Source: a virus
Reading direction: 5' to 3' (one strand)
IMG/VR virus record: IMGVR_UViG_3300042876_000418
Location: 1 to 64,000 of that record
DNA length: 64,000 bases
In this document: positions 47,369 through 56,305 of the stretch, piece by piece
Layout: each line of letters begins with the position of its first letter
Position numbering within the stretch: the stretch's first letter is position 1
Translations under genes and position numbers: made by a program
The notes under the pieces: model-generated
The model's database searches: none
Told to the model about the DNA's origin: nothing
What the model saw: the letters and a program-made list of their open reading frames with translations, nothing else

Positions 47369-47584
47369 ATGAAAATCAGCAAAGCAGTGGGCTCGTCGCC
47401 TTTCAAGGTGGTTGTCGTGAAACTTTCTGACGGAATCTACCAGGGGAAAGCGAGTGGATACGAGGTTGAAATCACGGAAGGGAAGTACACAGGCACCATT
47501 GTAAAAATGGCTAATGGGGTTCGTGGCATGAATATTCCTGCGACCATTACCGTTGAAAACGGGGATATCTCCATCACAATTTGA
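47369..47584 (+). CDS. Hypothetical small beta protein
   Basis: AGGAGG RBS. Confidence 0.65.
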   Translation: MKISKAVGSSPFKVVVVKLSDGIYQGKASGYEVEITEGKYTGTIVKMANGVRGMNIPATITVENGDISITI

Positions 47585-47607
47585 TGCGAATTTCAAAGGG
47601 AGCGATC

Positions 47608-47862
47608 ATGTAAAACATCACCATCAAAATCGTAATGCCGTTCGATAAGTTCAACACCCAAAAATCTACCGTCAACGAGCAGATTGGGATCGCCGCTGGA
47701 TCCGATGTCTACGCCACCGCGCGCGGCACGGCAAAGAAAATGATCCGCGCCCTCAATTCCCTACCGTAGGCGTGGGGGAATCTGTTCATCGAAGGCGGTC
47801 CGAGTTATCATATTTATAAGAATGCTGGAGTTTGGAAAGTGGAGGAATTGAAACATGCCTGA
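47608..47862 (+). pseudogene. 85-codon gene with two in-frame stops
   Basis: GGGAG RBS; ATG-TAA at codon 2; TAG at 47767; frame continues to TGA overlapping the next gene. Confidence 0.55.
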
Positions 47863-48223
47863 ATTCATGGTTGAATTATTTGACGGCTCCGAAAACGGGA
47901 TGGTTATCACCGACACGCAGCGCAAAGTCGGGTTAGCCAACTGCCTGCAAAATTCCGACTTCATCGCGCGGGCATGGAACCAAGCAAACGGAATCGGATT
48001 CATGATCGCGCCCGGATCGGTTGACGCCCGTGCCGCTGTGACTCGTGAGGTCGCACAGTTCTTTGGGTGGCACGTCACCACGCCGCCGAATTTCATCATG
48101 GTCAAAGCGATGGTAGCGGGCGGAGAGGTGATGACCGGGCAAAGAGAAGTTGAGCGGTTTCGGTTCGACAATGGCCTGTCGGTCATCCCGATTGAGAGTG
48201 TGGTGGCCTGGAGGGTATCATGA
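47855..48223 (+). CDS. Hypothetical protein
   Basis: GGAGG RBS. Confidence 0.6.
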   Translation: MPEFMVELFDGSENGMVITDTQRKVGLANCLQNSDFIARAWNQANGIGFMIAPGSVDARAAVTREVAQFFGWHVTTPPNFIMVKAMVAGGEVMTGQREVERFRFDNGLSVIPIESVVAWRVS

Positions 48224-48440
48224 TCTGGGAACGCCGTGATGGTTGGGTTATCCGCTACATTTATGCCTACGATCCATTTGGCCTGTCATCTCGCATGGAT
48301 GGACGCCGGGGTAGCGCCGGGCGTCACCGGGGCACTCCTGGAGTCCGCGACTCCGGTCGGGGCGGTGGGCGGTATACGAAACGATACGCCGATAAACGTA
48401 ATCGTCAACCGCGAAAGCGGAATTAGATAAGGGAGTAACG

Positions 48441-48761
48441 ATGAAAACACTGCAAGAATGTATTCGTGAGGACCAAGAAAGCCCCGCGTCCCAATTGATT
48501 AGCCGGATGGAACGCGAAACAGGCCAGCGGGTTGACGATCCTGGAAGTAACGCACTCGCCGGCCTGTTCGGTGCAATGGCGCGAATGATGGGTAAAACGA
48601 ATTACCCCCCCCAGGATGATGTGGTGGCGGGCCTGTTGATCCTGCATCAGATGACACCGGAATACCAGAACGATCAACGCAGTAAAGAAATGATCACAGG
48701 TATGCTTACCGCTGGAATGTCGCCCGATGATATCCGTGCCATGTTTGGGAAAGGTAGTTGA
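48441..48761 (+). CDS. Hypothetical protein
   Basis: AAGGGAG RBS. Confidence 0.6.
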   Translation: MKTLQECIREDQESPASQLISRMERETGQRVDDPGSNALAGLFGAMARMMGKTNYPPQDDVVAGLLILHQMTPEYQNDQRSKEMITGMLTAGMSPDDIRAMFGKGS

Positions 48762-48863
48762 CATCCTGCCCGCGTGGTGCTAATATAAAAACACCTCCTA
48801 ACGGTTTTTGAGCCTGAGTTCCATTCTCCACGGAAAGACCCCGACACGACGCGGGGTCTTTCT
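48758..48863 (+). ncRNA. Small RNA gene A (anti-SD CACCUCCU)
   Basis: TTGACA-N17-TAATAT; ~70 nt; terminator GAAAGACCCCG/CGGGGTCTTTC. Confidence 0.65.
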
Positions 48864-48868
48864 CGTTA

Positions 48869-48975
48869 TTGACAATCTGATTGTGTCGTGCTAAACTGAA
48901 TGCACTCCCTTAGTGCTGCTCCACCCCATTCTTGCCCCACGAAAGAGCGCCGCCCACCCCGGCGCTCTTTCAATT
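48869..48975 (+). ncRNA. Small RNA gene B (C-rich)
   Basis: TTGACA-N17-TAAACT; ~70 nt; terminator GAAAGAGCGCCG/CGGCGCTCTTTC. Confidence 0.65.
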
Positions 48976-49293
48976 TCACGTCCGATACAGCGTCAAGTGA
49001 AGCATGATCGTAACGCACGACAACGCCGCCCCGATCACGCCCCACTCTACGATTCCCGCCAGGGTAAACGAAAACGGGAACATCAGTGCCGCCGCGATCA
49101 AGCCCAGCCAGAACGACTGGCAGATTGGGCAACGTGAAAATTCGGCCTGCCACGATTTATAACCGTAACGCGCGATTAGCCATTCCCGCGCTCGGTCAAA
49201 GATAGCGAACGGCCCGGTCATCACTGCGAATGCATGGGCGAAGGTGTAGACTGCCAGTGCCGTGATGATAAACCTCACTGTGAAGTTGTCCAT
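48976..49293 (-). CDS. DUF1360-like membrane protein
   Basis: GPFAIFDRAR..CPICQSFW, TM helices. Confidence 0.7.
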   Translation of the reverse strand: MDNFTVRFIITALAVYTFAHAFAVMTGPFAIFDRAREWLIARYGYKSWQAEFSRCPICQSFWLGLIAAALMFPFSFTLAGIVEWGVIGAALSCVTIMLHLTLYRT

Positions 49294-52214
49294 TATTTCG
49301 CCTTACGGGTGCCGCGTTTGGGGGCTGAGGTAGGCTCTGCCGGGGTGACAGTCGCGGGTTTGACTGGTTCGGGTGGCTTGACAGGCTCCGGCTCCGGGAT
49401 CTTATCCACCACCTTCGCTAACGGACGCTCGAACACCTTTTCTTGATCTTTCCACATTTCATCAAACTCCGCACGCGCCTTCATAATAGCGTCCTGCGCT
49501 TGCTGAGGGGTGATGGGCGCGGGTTCTGGGGCTGGGGTGGGCATAGTTACCGGCGCAGCCTGTTGCACTGCCTGAGCGGGCGGGGGAGGCGTGGGGCGCG
49601 ATACGACCCGGAATAACTCGGTACGCATCAACTCGTTTACGTCCTCGGGCAGGCAGTCCACAAAGCGCTCAAACTGATTGTTGCCCGCGCGGTACTGATG
49701 ACCATTGGCGACAAACGTTCTGGCCCCAACCGTGGTGCCGGTGAACTCAAGGCGCACTTTAGACGCCGGCGGGGTGGATGGTACATACTGGATATCTTCC
49801 TGGTTGCCCCCGGCCCGTTTCGCTTTCAGAATTTCATTGGCGGCTTCACTGCCACCACAAGATGCACATGGACTCATTGTCTTTTCTCCTGTGAAGTAAC
49901 TCCCGTAACGTTCGCTCAGAACAGCCAGGATCCGCGATCCTTGATCGTTCGTAGTTCCGTCCGGGTTGATAGCTTTCATTCTGCGGAAGCCAGAGCCTAA
50001 CCGGTAAATCAATAGTGGCTCTGCAATCCGCTTTCCACAAACGCCGCGCGTCGCCAGATTGAGGAATAACTCCCAATCCTCCCACGACTCCAACTCTTCA
50101 TCGAAAGGATATTGCTTCATCGTTTCTGTTGGAATCAGCACCGAAACCGGGTGGTACATTTTCCACTCGTTGCGGTTCGGCTCTCCCGCCTCTCCCGTTG
50201 TCCACTTCCCTTTATCCAGCGCCAGCCAATCCGAGTACACATACCCGCCGTCAAAAGCCGCAGTCATCTTCTCCAGGCAGGTTGCGTCAAGTAGATCGTC
50301 AACGTCAAGAAAGAACACCAACGGCGCACGGGCCGCGCGTATCCCAATGTTTCGCGCTACGCCGGCCCCGCCACGTCTGCTCTTGTTGTCGATCACCCTT
50401 GCGAATGGGTAGCAAGATGGAATCTCTAGTTTATGCCCGGTGTCGTTGACAATCACGACTTCCCATGGGTAAAACGTCTGCCCGAGCAGGGTATCCACCG
50501 CGCTGGACACGTAACCCTCATGCCCAGGCCCTACCGGAACAATCACACTTACCGCCGGCTGGACATTGGCCCGCACCAACGGACGCGCCACGGGTGCCCC
50601 CATCGGATAATTCTTGCTTACCATCCAAGGATTTCCAACCTCAATCGAACGGTAAACCTTCGTTCTTGACGCCGATCCCTCATGACCGCGGTAAAGGAAC
50701 AGTGGATCTGACGTCACCTTTTTGGCCCGGAATCCAACCGATAACCCGCGCGTCCAAAATTCCGCATCCTCACCTGGCGCGTACTCCTGTTTGTACCCAC
50801 CTGCCCGTCGCCACATTTCGCGCCGAAACATACAGGCTGAGGGGATGCAGTTGGAGGGAGGATTGCTTACCGCCGATTGAATCTTCCAATCGAAGTTAGG
50901 CGGCCAATGTGATACCGATTGTATGTCCCCGTCCGGGTTGGTGATAGCCAGGCCAGAATAAGCGATTCCCAATCCGCGATCACCCGCTAACGCCGGCTGT
51001 AGCACCTGAATGAAGCGCTTATCCAGACGATCATCCGCGTCAAGACTGACGATGAATTCAGCCTTTGCCGCCGCGATCCCATTATTCCGCGCCCCGGCTA
51101 CCCCGGTATTAGTCTGATAGATTCCGGTGAATGCGATTCCCGCGCTTCTAACTTTATCTTCCATCCCTTGAATCGCCACCACACTATCATCCGTTGACCC
51201 GTCATCTACCACGATCAACTCAGCGGGCTTCACTGCCTGGCTGATGACACTATCTATCGCCGCGCCCACCCAACCCGCGTAATTGTGGCATGTGATTACC
51301 ACCGCCACGTCGTGCCGCTGTGGGTAGCGGGCGATCACATCGAACAGGCGGGCATACCGTTCCATCACGCGCGGCCACGTGTAGCGCTCCGCTGTAGCCC
51401 GCGCCCCGGCAGATAGGGCCGCACGATTCGCGCGGATGTACTCCACCCCTTCCACCAGACCCGCCACGTCGCCCGGCTTGACCAGGTACCCGGACTCGCC
51501 GTGCTTGACAATATCCGAAGTGCCGCCCCAATCCCACCCGAGTACCGGAATCCCACACGCCATTGCTTCAAGAGTCCCGATTCCGAAGGTCTCCATCGTG
51601 GTAGCAAGGTAGATGTCTGCCCCCGCAATAATCCCTTTCATCTGCTCAAACGGGATATTGCCGGTCAGGCGCATGGAGTCGGGTACGGGCAGTTTGTCAG
51701 GGGAGAAGGTAGACGTAACCTTGATTCCTCTATTCGCTAACTCCCATGCTGGTTGAGATTGACACACATCCCCCTCACGATTCTTGTTGTAGAGGATGTA
51801 ACCCCCATTTTCGCCCGGTCTGAATTCGTCAAGCTCAATCCCGTGGGGAATCACCACCGGGTTGAAGCGCATATCACGCCGGAAAGGCTCACCTACCCAC
51901 GAGGAAGGCACGGTCACGGCGATAGACTGGCGCACGGATTCGACAATGCTGCCGTTAGCATCGTGGTGCCAGGCTGAAAATTGATTGTGGGGGGTATCTT
52001 GCCAGTATAGCCCGTGTACCATCGTCAAGTCGATTCGGGGCCAATACGAAGGTTTGCCGATATGGGCCGCGTACACGTCCACATTGTCGCCCGGTTCTGA
52101 TATCAGATCAATTCCTAATCCAGGTAGATATTTCCATTGCGCCAATACCACCTGGCCTATGCCGGTATTCCGGGTAACTTGATCAGGGGACAGGCTAAGG
52201 CAAACTTTCATCAT
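49293..52214 (-). CDS. Multi-domain glycosyltransferase (GT4 + GT2 + GT2) with C-terminal Pro-rich extension
   Basis: ETFGIGTLEAMACG; VVDDGSTD..ARNNG..LDADD; VIVP..ARNIG..LDVDD. Confidence 0.9.
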   Translation of the reverse strand: MMKVCLSLSPDQVTRNTGIGQVVLAQWKYLPGLGIDLISEPGDNVDVYAAHIGKPSYWPRIDLTMVHGLYWQDTPHNQFSAWHHDANGSIVESVRQSIAVTVPSSWVGEPFRRDMRFNPVVIPHGIELDEFRPGENGGYILYNKNREGDVCQSQPAWELANRGIKVTSTFSPDKLPVPDSMRLTGNIPFEQMKGIIAGADIYLATTMETFGIGTLEAMACGIPVLGWDWGGTSDIVKHGESGYLVKPGDVAGLVEGVEYIRANRAALSAGARATAERYTWPRVMERYARLFDVIARYPQRHDVAVVITCHNYAGWVGAAIDSVISQAVKPAELIVVDDGSTDDSVVAIQGMEDKVRSAGIAFTGIYQTNTGVAGARNNGIAAAKAEFIVSLDADDRLDKRFIQVLQPALAGDRGLGIAYSGLAITNPDGDIQSVSHWPPNFDWKIQSAVSNPPSNCIPSACMFRREMWRRAGGYKQEYAPGEDAEFWTRGLSVGFRAKKVTSDPLFLYRGHEGSASRTKVYRSIEVGNPWMVSKNYPMGAPVARPLVRANVQPAVSVIVPVGPGHEGYVSSAVDTLLGQTFYPWEVVIVNDTGHKLEIPSCYPFARVIDNKSRRGGAGVARNIGIRAARAPLVFFLDVDDLLDATCLEKMTAAFDGGYVYSDWLALDKGKWTTGEAGEPNRNEWKMYHPVSVLIPTETMKQYPFDEELESWEDWELFLNLATRGVCGKRIAEPLLIYRLGSGFRRMKAINPDGTTNDQGSRILAVLSERYGSYFTGEKTMSPCASCGGSEAANEILKAKRAGGNQEDIQYVPSTPPASKVRLEFTGTTVGARTFVANGHQYRAGNNQFERFVDCLPEDVNELMRTELFRVVSRPTPPPPAQAVQQAAPVTMPTPAPEPAPITPQQAQDAIMKARAEFDEMWKDQEKVFERPLAKVVDKIPEPEPVKPPEPVKPATVTPAEPTSAPKRGTRKAK

Positions 52215-52774
52215 TTCGCCTTTCGCGTCACCATCGTGGTGTCAACCAGATAGACAAATTCCAGTTTTCCCGATCCGATCCATTCGTCAATCACGCGCTT
52301 TACATCCGCCCAATTGATGGAGTCGTAATCATGGAAGGCCATGAAGCCCCCTGGTTTGAGGTGGGGGTACCATGCCTCAATATCCCCACGGCAGCCAGCT
52401 TCACTATGATCCGCGTCAATAAAGATGCAATCCGCTTTCGGCCCGGCATAATCACGCCCGGCTTTATGACTGTCACTGTGGATCTGCTTTGGGTAGGGCA
52501 GCCCGGCTTGATCGAAGGCATTGCGCTCGTTGCCCAGGCCACCGAACGGGTTGCCCTCGTTGGTGATATCCACGGTGGTGAGATTAAGCCCGCGCCCGGC
52601 TTCAGCAAAGCACAGGCCCGAGGTACCGAACCCCGCGCCCACGTTGATCACCACCCCGCCCTCCGGGACCATCGCGGCAAGGGTATACATGCCGAAGCAT
52701 TCAATATCATGCAGCATTCCGAACGCCTTGCTCAGTTCAAAGGCTTGATAGGTCTTCATAGGCTTATACGACAT
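52211..52774 (-). CDS. Class I SAM methyltransferase (Methyltransf_24-like)
   Basis: NVGAGFGTS, FIDADH, LKPGG..HDY. Confidence 0.85.
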   Translation of the reverse strand: MSYKPMKTYQAFELSKAFGMLHDIECFGMYTLAAMVPEGGVVINVGAGFGTSGLCFAEAGRGLNLTTVDITNEGNPFGGLGNERNAFDQAGLPYPKQIHSDSHKAGRDYAGPKADCIFIDADHSEAGCRGDIEAWYPHLKPGGFMAFHDYDSINWADVKRVIDEWIGSGKLEFVYLVDTTMVTRKAK

Positions 52775-53477
52775 AATTCAAACTCTCCAGTTCTTGATAA
52801 TCTTGATTGCTCAATTGCCGCGCCGGGTTCATCCAATCGCCGCCGCGCTCAAACTTACCGCCCCGCACCATGATCTGATATTGAAGCGGCCATTGACGGG
52901 TTCCGAATACCCGCAACTGCGGGAATTCATCCTTCAGCCGCGATCCCCCTGCGATCTCGCATTGCCAGGGGTCCCAATTGGAATGGAGCAGGGCCGAAAG
53001 GTGATCTGCATTCCATATGGATGCCTGGAAGCTCACCTGATACGGACTCTCTAACCCCTCTATGATATCCACCCGCCCAATCGCCCCCACCGGCGCGATA
53101 TTGCCGGAATACAGGCGATCCGTGGTGATGTCGAATCGTAGCGCGTTGGGGTTGCTCTGCATGAATTCAGTGCACACCCCAAGCGCCCAGATATCAGCCC
53201 GCCGGGTTAGCCAGTAGTCCTCCAGCAGAATCGCAACGTGCCCGCCTGCGTAGCCCCTGAGCAGTTCCTTTAGCGCGTTACTCCACTTCCCAATCGGATA
53301 ATTCGCCATGTCACCGATTGAGACGAAATCAAATCCTTCCAGTAGATCGAACTGAGGCTGACGGAATCCAGCGATTGTGACCGGAATCTCAGGCGCGTAT
53401 TTGCGCCACTGGTGCATAAAGCCGGGAATCATATGGTCGTGCTTATCAGACGTAAGGCAGATGTAAGGAATGGTCAT
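52764..53477 (-). CDS. Glycosyltransferase-like (GT-A fold) protein
   Basis: KWSNAL..LLEDYWL..QASIW..PWQCE; leaderless start. Confidence 0.6.
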   Translation of the reverse strand: MTIPYICLTSDKHDHMIPGFMHQWRKYAPEIPVTIAGFRQPQFDLLEGFDFVSIGDMANYPIGKWSNALKELLRGYAGGHVAILLEDYWLTRRADIWALGVCTEFMQSNPNALRFDITTDRLYSGNIAPVGAIGRVDIIEGLESPYQVSFQASIWNADHLSALLHSNWDPWQCEIAGGSRLKDEFPQLRVFGTRQWPLQYQIMVRGGKFERGGDWMNPARQLSNQDYQELESLNYVV

Positions 53478-53543
53478 GATTTGATTATATCACGATGGAC
53501 AACCGCTTGACTTTTAGTGTATTACGATGTAGAATAAGTGTCA

Positions 53544-53651
53544 TACAGATTGAGCGCGGCAGAAACGCAATGTTGAAACCTGCGTTTTACAACCATAGCG
53601 GACAACCGCTGTGATAGCGATCCCTGGTTAAAGCATGGCGCTCAATCTGTA
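53544..53651 (+). ncRNA. Multi-branched structured RNA
   Basis: 14-bp closing stem TACAGATTGAGCGC/GCGCTCAATCTGTA with internal hairpins; promoter TTGACT-N17-TAGAAT at 53507-53535. Confidence 0.6.
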
Positions 53652-53677
53652 ACTTTCTGAATGTTCTGGAGGGAACA

Positions 53678-53947
53678 ATGACGCGATTAGAGGCTTTACG
53701 AGCAGCAAAAGACGCCGGATTTACCCATGCGGTTTTGCACCCATACACGTATCACGCCCGGACGATTGAATCGCATATCCAGGAGGCGCAAACCGGGCAG
53801 AATGATATCTCTTATCCAGGATCAAGCGCCGCGTCCGAAGTGTGGACTTTCGACGTAAACGAAAATGCAGTTAACGGAGACAGCGCGTGGTACTCTCTTT
53901 CTATCAAAGATGCCGCCGTGTTTGATAATTCTGGAGGGAACGAATGA
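53678..53947 (+). CDS. Hypothetical protein
   Basis: GGAGGGAACA-ATG. Confidence 0.65.
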   Translation: MTRLEALRAAKDAGFTHAVLHPYTYHARTIESHIQEAQTGQNDISYPGSSAASEVWTFDVNENAVNGDSAWYSLSIKDAAVFDNSGGNE

Positions 53948-54489
53948 GTTACGACATCGACACAGGAACAATAACGCACGAATGCTCCGGGTGCGGAGCG
54001 GTTTTTTCTATTGGGCCGAAAGAAAGTTTCACCGTGTTTTGCCCGGTATGCACAGAGAAGCGCGAAACGACTAGCCGCAAACTTTCTTTGCGGAGTTATT
54101 TGAATGCGCTGAAAGTTCAACGTCAAAAGATCGTAGACGGGAAAAAGCTATCCGGCTTCGATGACACGACCGTCGGGGATAAGGACACTCAAGTGACTTG
54201 GGGTATGTGCCACGAAGATCCCGACTTATTCCCAGACCCAGAAGATCATCGCTGGCCTTACGAATTTAAATCAAGAGGAAGATACGCGCCGAAAAGTATG
54301 CCCCATAGATGCCCATTTCGACGTGTTCCCAGATTCAACAAGGGCGAAGTCGATAAAACATCGCCTGATGGGTGCTTTTATGAGTGCGCGTTTTTCAGGG
54401 GGCAAAAGCCTCAAAAAGAGCAGGCGTTAGCATGGTATGACGAAATTATCCTTGAAGTAGAAGCAAGAATATCAAAGGGGGAGTCGTAA
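53944..54489 (+). CDS. Zn-binding hypothetical protein
   Basis: CSGC..CPVC; further Cys. Confidence 0.65.
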   Translation: MSYDIDTGTITHECSGCGAVFSIGPKESFTVFCPVCTEKRETTSRKLSLRSYLNALKVQRQKIVDGKKLSGFDDTTVGDKDTQVTWGMCHEDPDLFPDPEDHRWPYEFKSRGRYAPKSMPHRCPFRRVPRFNKGEVDKTSPDGCFYECAFFRGQKPQKEQALAWYDEIILEVEARISKGES

Positions 54490-55292
54490 TGCTTGACGAT
54501 AAGATTATCAGCCGTCAAACTGTATCCGGCATGGTGGGCGCGTACAAACAAGCCTGTGACGAAATAGACCGCGGTTATGCCCTGCTCTGGCAGGCCCAAC
54601 AGCGCTTGGTAGCGGCATTCTCGGATAAGTACAGCACGTTTACGGTGATCAACGATCATCACCACCGTCTGGAAGGCGAGGAAGCGCGAATCGCAAAGTT
54701 GCGGATTCGCAAGGCCGCGTGGCGTCAAGTCATATCCCTGCTCGAAATTCACAAAGTCATGACTGCGAAGGCATGGGACGATATGATTGAAAAGTTGAAT
54801 AGCGATAGCGTGCCCGAGCTAACCGAGGAAGAGGTATTCAGCACGTTAGAGACGCTACGCCAGAATGCCAGGGAATACGCCAAAGCCGCGATCATTGAGA
54901 CTTACAATTTCCTAATGCGTGGTCAGGATGATTGGAATCGGCACAAAACCAACACAAAAAACGCCCGGCGCTCCCTGGGAGAAAAGATAATTATCCCTGG
55001 GATATTGGAACACGACTACGGTGAGGGTATGCGCGTCAAGTCTTATTATGATAACGACGTGGTCGGAATCGACAAGGTGTTTTCGGCCCTTGACGGTTGC
55101 GGCATTCCAGACGGCTATAAATCGCCCCTGGTCGATGCAATCAATACCAGCAAGGGCGCGATGGGCGGATCGACCACTTATTTTTCGTTTCGTTGCCACC
55201 ACAACGGGAACCTTCATCTTGTTTTCAAGCGCATGGATCTGGTTGACCTGCTCAATCGCAAAGCGGGCTATAGCGGGAAATTACCTGATTGA
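54489..55292 (+). CDS. DUF4942-domain protein
   Basis: IDKVFSALDG..YFSFRCHHNGNLHLVFKRMDLV. Confidence 0.75.
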   Translation: MLDDKIISRQTVSGMVGAYKQACDEIDRGYALLWQAQQRLVAAFSDKYSTFTVINDHHHRLEGEEARIAKLRIRKAAWRQVISLLEIHKVMTAKAWDDMIEKLNSDSVPELTEEEVFSTLETLRQNAREYAKAAIIETYNFLMRGQDDWNRHKTNTKNARRSLGEKIIIPGILEHDYGEGMRVKSYYDNDVVGIDKVFSALDGCGIPDGYKSPLVDAINTSKGAMGGSTTYFSFRCHHNGNLHLVFKRMDLVDLLNRKAGYSGKLPD

Positions 55293-55380
55293 CAGAACTG
55301 TAATACAATGTATAATAGAAAGTGTCATACAAAACGCCTGGAGGGAAACCGGGCGTACCTATCAAATGAAAGGATGAACG

Positions 55381-56084
55381 ATGGAAGATAAACCTACCTG
55401 GGACTACACCCCCGCCCCGGTCCCATACCCCAATCGGGTGATGGAGTTGGCCTGCGAATTGCGCCGGATGCGCGATGTGTTGGCCGAAACTCGCCTGTTG
55501 ATTGGCGATTACGACTTGATCATTGAGCATACCGAACTCAGCCTCACGCCCGCCGAAGGCTGGCCTGGAAAGAACGAAGCCGAGAGCAAAGTCAGTCAGG
55601 CCCGCGTGTACGCTGAGTATCCACCCCTGCGCGAATACCGCAATAACCGCTCCGGGCATATCTCGATTGCCGAACGGTTGGAAGCGTCAATCCAATCCGC
55701 CCGTGATGAACTGCGGGCCTGGGAATTGTCCATTCAGGATAATCTGACTGCGGTCCTGGGCGGCGTGTTCGCCTTCGCTTACGCCGCGCAATTGGCGGGG
55801 AAACAGGCCGCGAAGATCAAGCCGCGGTCAAAGAAGATGAGTTTATCGCGTCTCAACCCGAACCGGACTCAGACTGGCCCGGAAGCGGGATTCCGGTATC
55901 GGACAACACGATTACGCATTGCAACGGCTGTGATCTTTGCGATCCCGATCTGGACTTCGATAATTTGCCCGGTACGGATATCCCGATTGAGGCGGGTGAT
56001 TGTACGATGATCCACGACCCCGCCGCGGGCAAGTCAACGTCCAACCCGAACACCACCGATCCATTTGGCGAACTGCCATTCTAA
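55381..56084 (+). CDS. Coiled-coil protein with acidic SSB-like tail in -1 frame (frameshifted)
   Basis: Frame 0 ends at 56010; -1 frame ends DPFGELPF* at 56084. Confidence 0.55.
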
Positions 56085-56128
56085 CAGACGCCGGAAGGGG
56101 GCCGGCGTATCATTCAACTGGAGGAAAT

Positions 56129-56305
56129 ATGCTCTGGAAACTTATCCCGCCCGCGGTTATCGCGGCTATTTGCGCCCTGTTTTGGGCGGGGCTGTTGTCC
56201 CTGCTCAAAGCGCCCGCCGCTATCACGTGGGGAGTCGCCGCGCTCACCTTCGTGGTGATGTTCCCTACCCTAATTGCCATGCAGATTGCAAAGAGGACGC
56301 AATGA
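56129..56305 (+). CDS. Small membrane protein
   Basis: GGAGG RBS; 2 TM helices. Confidence 0.6.
   Translation: MLWKLIPPAVIAAICALFWAGLLSLLKAPAAITWGVAALTFVVMFPTLIAMQIAKRTQ

Noticed and set aside
47608-47862. Stop-codon reassignment (alternative genetic code)
   Set aside because: Long conserved genes read intact in code 11 and terminate at TAA, TAG and TGA; the two stops are better explained as decay
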